DNA of 64,000 nucleotides from Alphaproteobacteria bacterium (GTDB taxonomy: Bacteria > Pseudomonadota > Alphaproteobacteria > UBA828): NCBI GenBank assembly GCA_965237415.1, contig CBDEFM010000002.1, positions 1,440,001-1,504,000 of the forward strand. The letters are read 5' to 3'. Positions 63,178 through 64,000 of this stretch are shown piece after piece (within the stretch, counting starts at the first letter, position 1; each line of letters opens with the position of its first letter). The notes beneath the pieces are model-generated. The model had not been told where the DNA came from. It ran no database searches and saw nothing but the letters and a program-made list of their open reading frames with translations. Made by a program: the position numbers and the translations under genes.

Positions 63178-63289
63178 CGTCATGCCCGGACTCGTTCCGG
63201 GCATCTCCAGCAGCCTGGCCCGCCGGACGCTGGGCAAACACATGGATGGCCGGATACCCGGAACGAGTCCGGGCTGTCCGTCCATGACG
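63178..63289. repeat. Alphaproteobacterial REP/RPE-like palindromic element
   Basis: cgtcatgcccggactcgttccgggcatc ... gatggccggatacccggaacgagtccgggc..catgacg: nested inverted arms. Confidence 0.75.
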
Positions 63290-63400
63290 TGTCGGGGGCG
63301 CCGCGCACACGGATAGAAACTTCTCGAACACGGCACTAGCCCGCAAATCTTACCTCGGTCGCGGTCCGGCTCCTCGTCCCACCTCGGACAGAATTCAGAT

Positions 63401-63630
63401 TCAAAGCGGGATTCGGTGGGATTAAGTGGGATAAGTGGGATTCCGTGGGACAGGGTTGCGCACGCCCGAGTCGCCCGCGCCTGAAAGGTCGCGGGCGCGC
63501 CAGATAGCGTCGTACGCACGGAATCGGGTCGCTCACGACCGTTCATCCTTTCTGCCATGGGCCCGCTCGTTCGTGCACTGCAAGGCGCAAGCGTGGCGCG
63601 CACGCCGTGCACCGCACCATGGTCCGGGTC
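63401..63630 (-). repeat. Dispersed ~200-bp intergenic element, copy B (inverted homologue of 41684..41880)
   Basis: GCGGGA/GTGGGA at 63406, 63416, 63426, 63435, 63445; a 20-bp direct repeat cctgaaaggtcgcgggcgcg at 63480 and just outside at 63638. Confidence 0.8.
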
Positions 63631-63709
63631 GCGCGGGCCTGAAAGGTCGCGGGCGCGGAATCAAGAGTCGAGCGCGTGTCCGGCTGCGGCGGAGGCGGAG
63701 CCCCCGGCC

Positions 63710-64000
63710 TCACCCTGGCCCGCTCCATTCCGAGGGGCAGAAGGGAGGGTCGGTCGGCCAGAGTCGGCCTTCCGCCTCCCGCCGCCTCAGCTCGGCATCC
63801 CGCGCCCTGTGCGCGTCCCATTCATCCTGCGCCCCGGGCGCGTCCGCATCCTGCGCCCCGTCGGCGGCAGGTGACTCGGGCGTGGAGTCCGGCGGAGTGA
63901 CGGGAGAGTCCGCGGGAGGAGCCTCGGCCCACCCGGATGCCGGCGGCGGCTTTATACGCCCAGGGAACAAGTGCCCCTCGAGAGCCCGGCGGACGGTTTC
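63710..64000 (-). CDS. Hypothetical Pro/Ala-rich protein, C-terminal part (start outside the window)
   Basis: Frame open from the window edge (ETVRRALEGHLF..) to the stop at 63710. Confidence 0.4.
   Translation of the reverse strand, partial: ETVRRALEGHLFPGRIKPPPASGWAEAPPADSPVTPPDSTPESPAADGAQDADAPGAQDEWDAHRARDAELRRREAEGRLWPTDPPFCPSEWSGPG

Overview
High-GC chromosomal window from an Alphaproteobacterium; the argJ-mutT/secA, rlmN-ialB and def-COQ9 synteny suggests a Rhodospirillales-like organism (inference). Bases 1-16.7 kb hold a catabolic cluster beside tRNA-Pro(CGG). It encodes three xanthine-dehydrogenase-family Mo-hydroxylases (two close M-S-L paralogues with an AYRGFG loop and one form-II CoxL-like L-S-M unit with AYRGAGR) plus a flavin monooxygenase. 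The cluster is interrupted by what looks like a doubled cargo slot: a thermonuclease gene and a low-GC two-gene cassette, separated by an in-frame chimeric mini-coxL with a 12-bp microhomology junction. The rest is housekeeping and accessory metabolism: typA, argJ, mutT, secA, infA, a sugar-type ABC importer, modABC, pstS, a DMFase-like amidohydrolase, a Mct-like CoA transferase, an RND pump, argE, a FadJ-like enzyme, rlmN, def and COQ9. Features missed by the ORF track include an 11-bp-phased array of seven DnaA-box-like 9-mers (57734-57809), a dispersed ~200-bp element with 10-bp-phased GTGGGA arrays (two inverted copies), an internally deleted phoB behind pstS, a frameshifted GDCCVxC gene coupled to a methyltransferase, and a back-to-back deletion scar. 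No integrase, transposase or CRISPR array was seen. All calls come from reading motifs by eye; no database searches were run.
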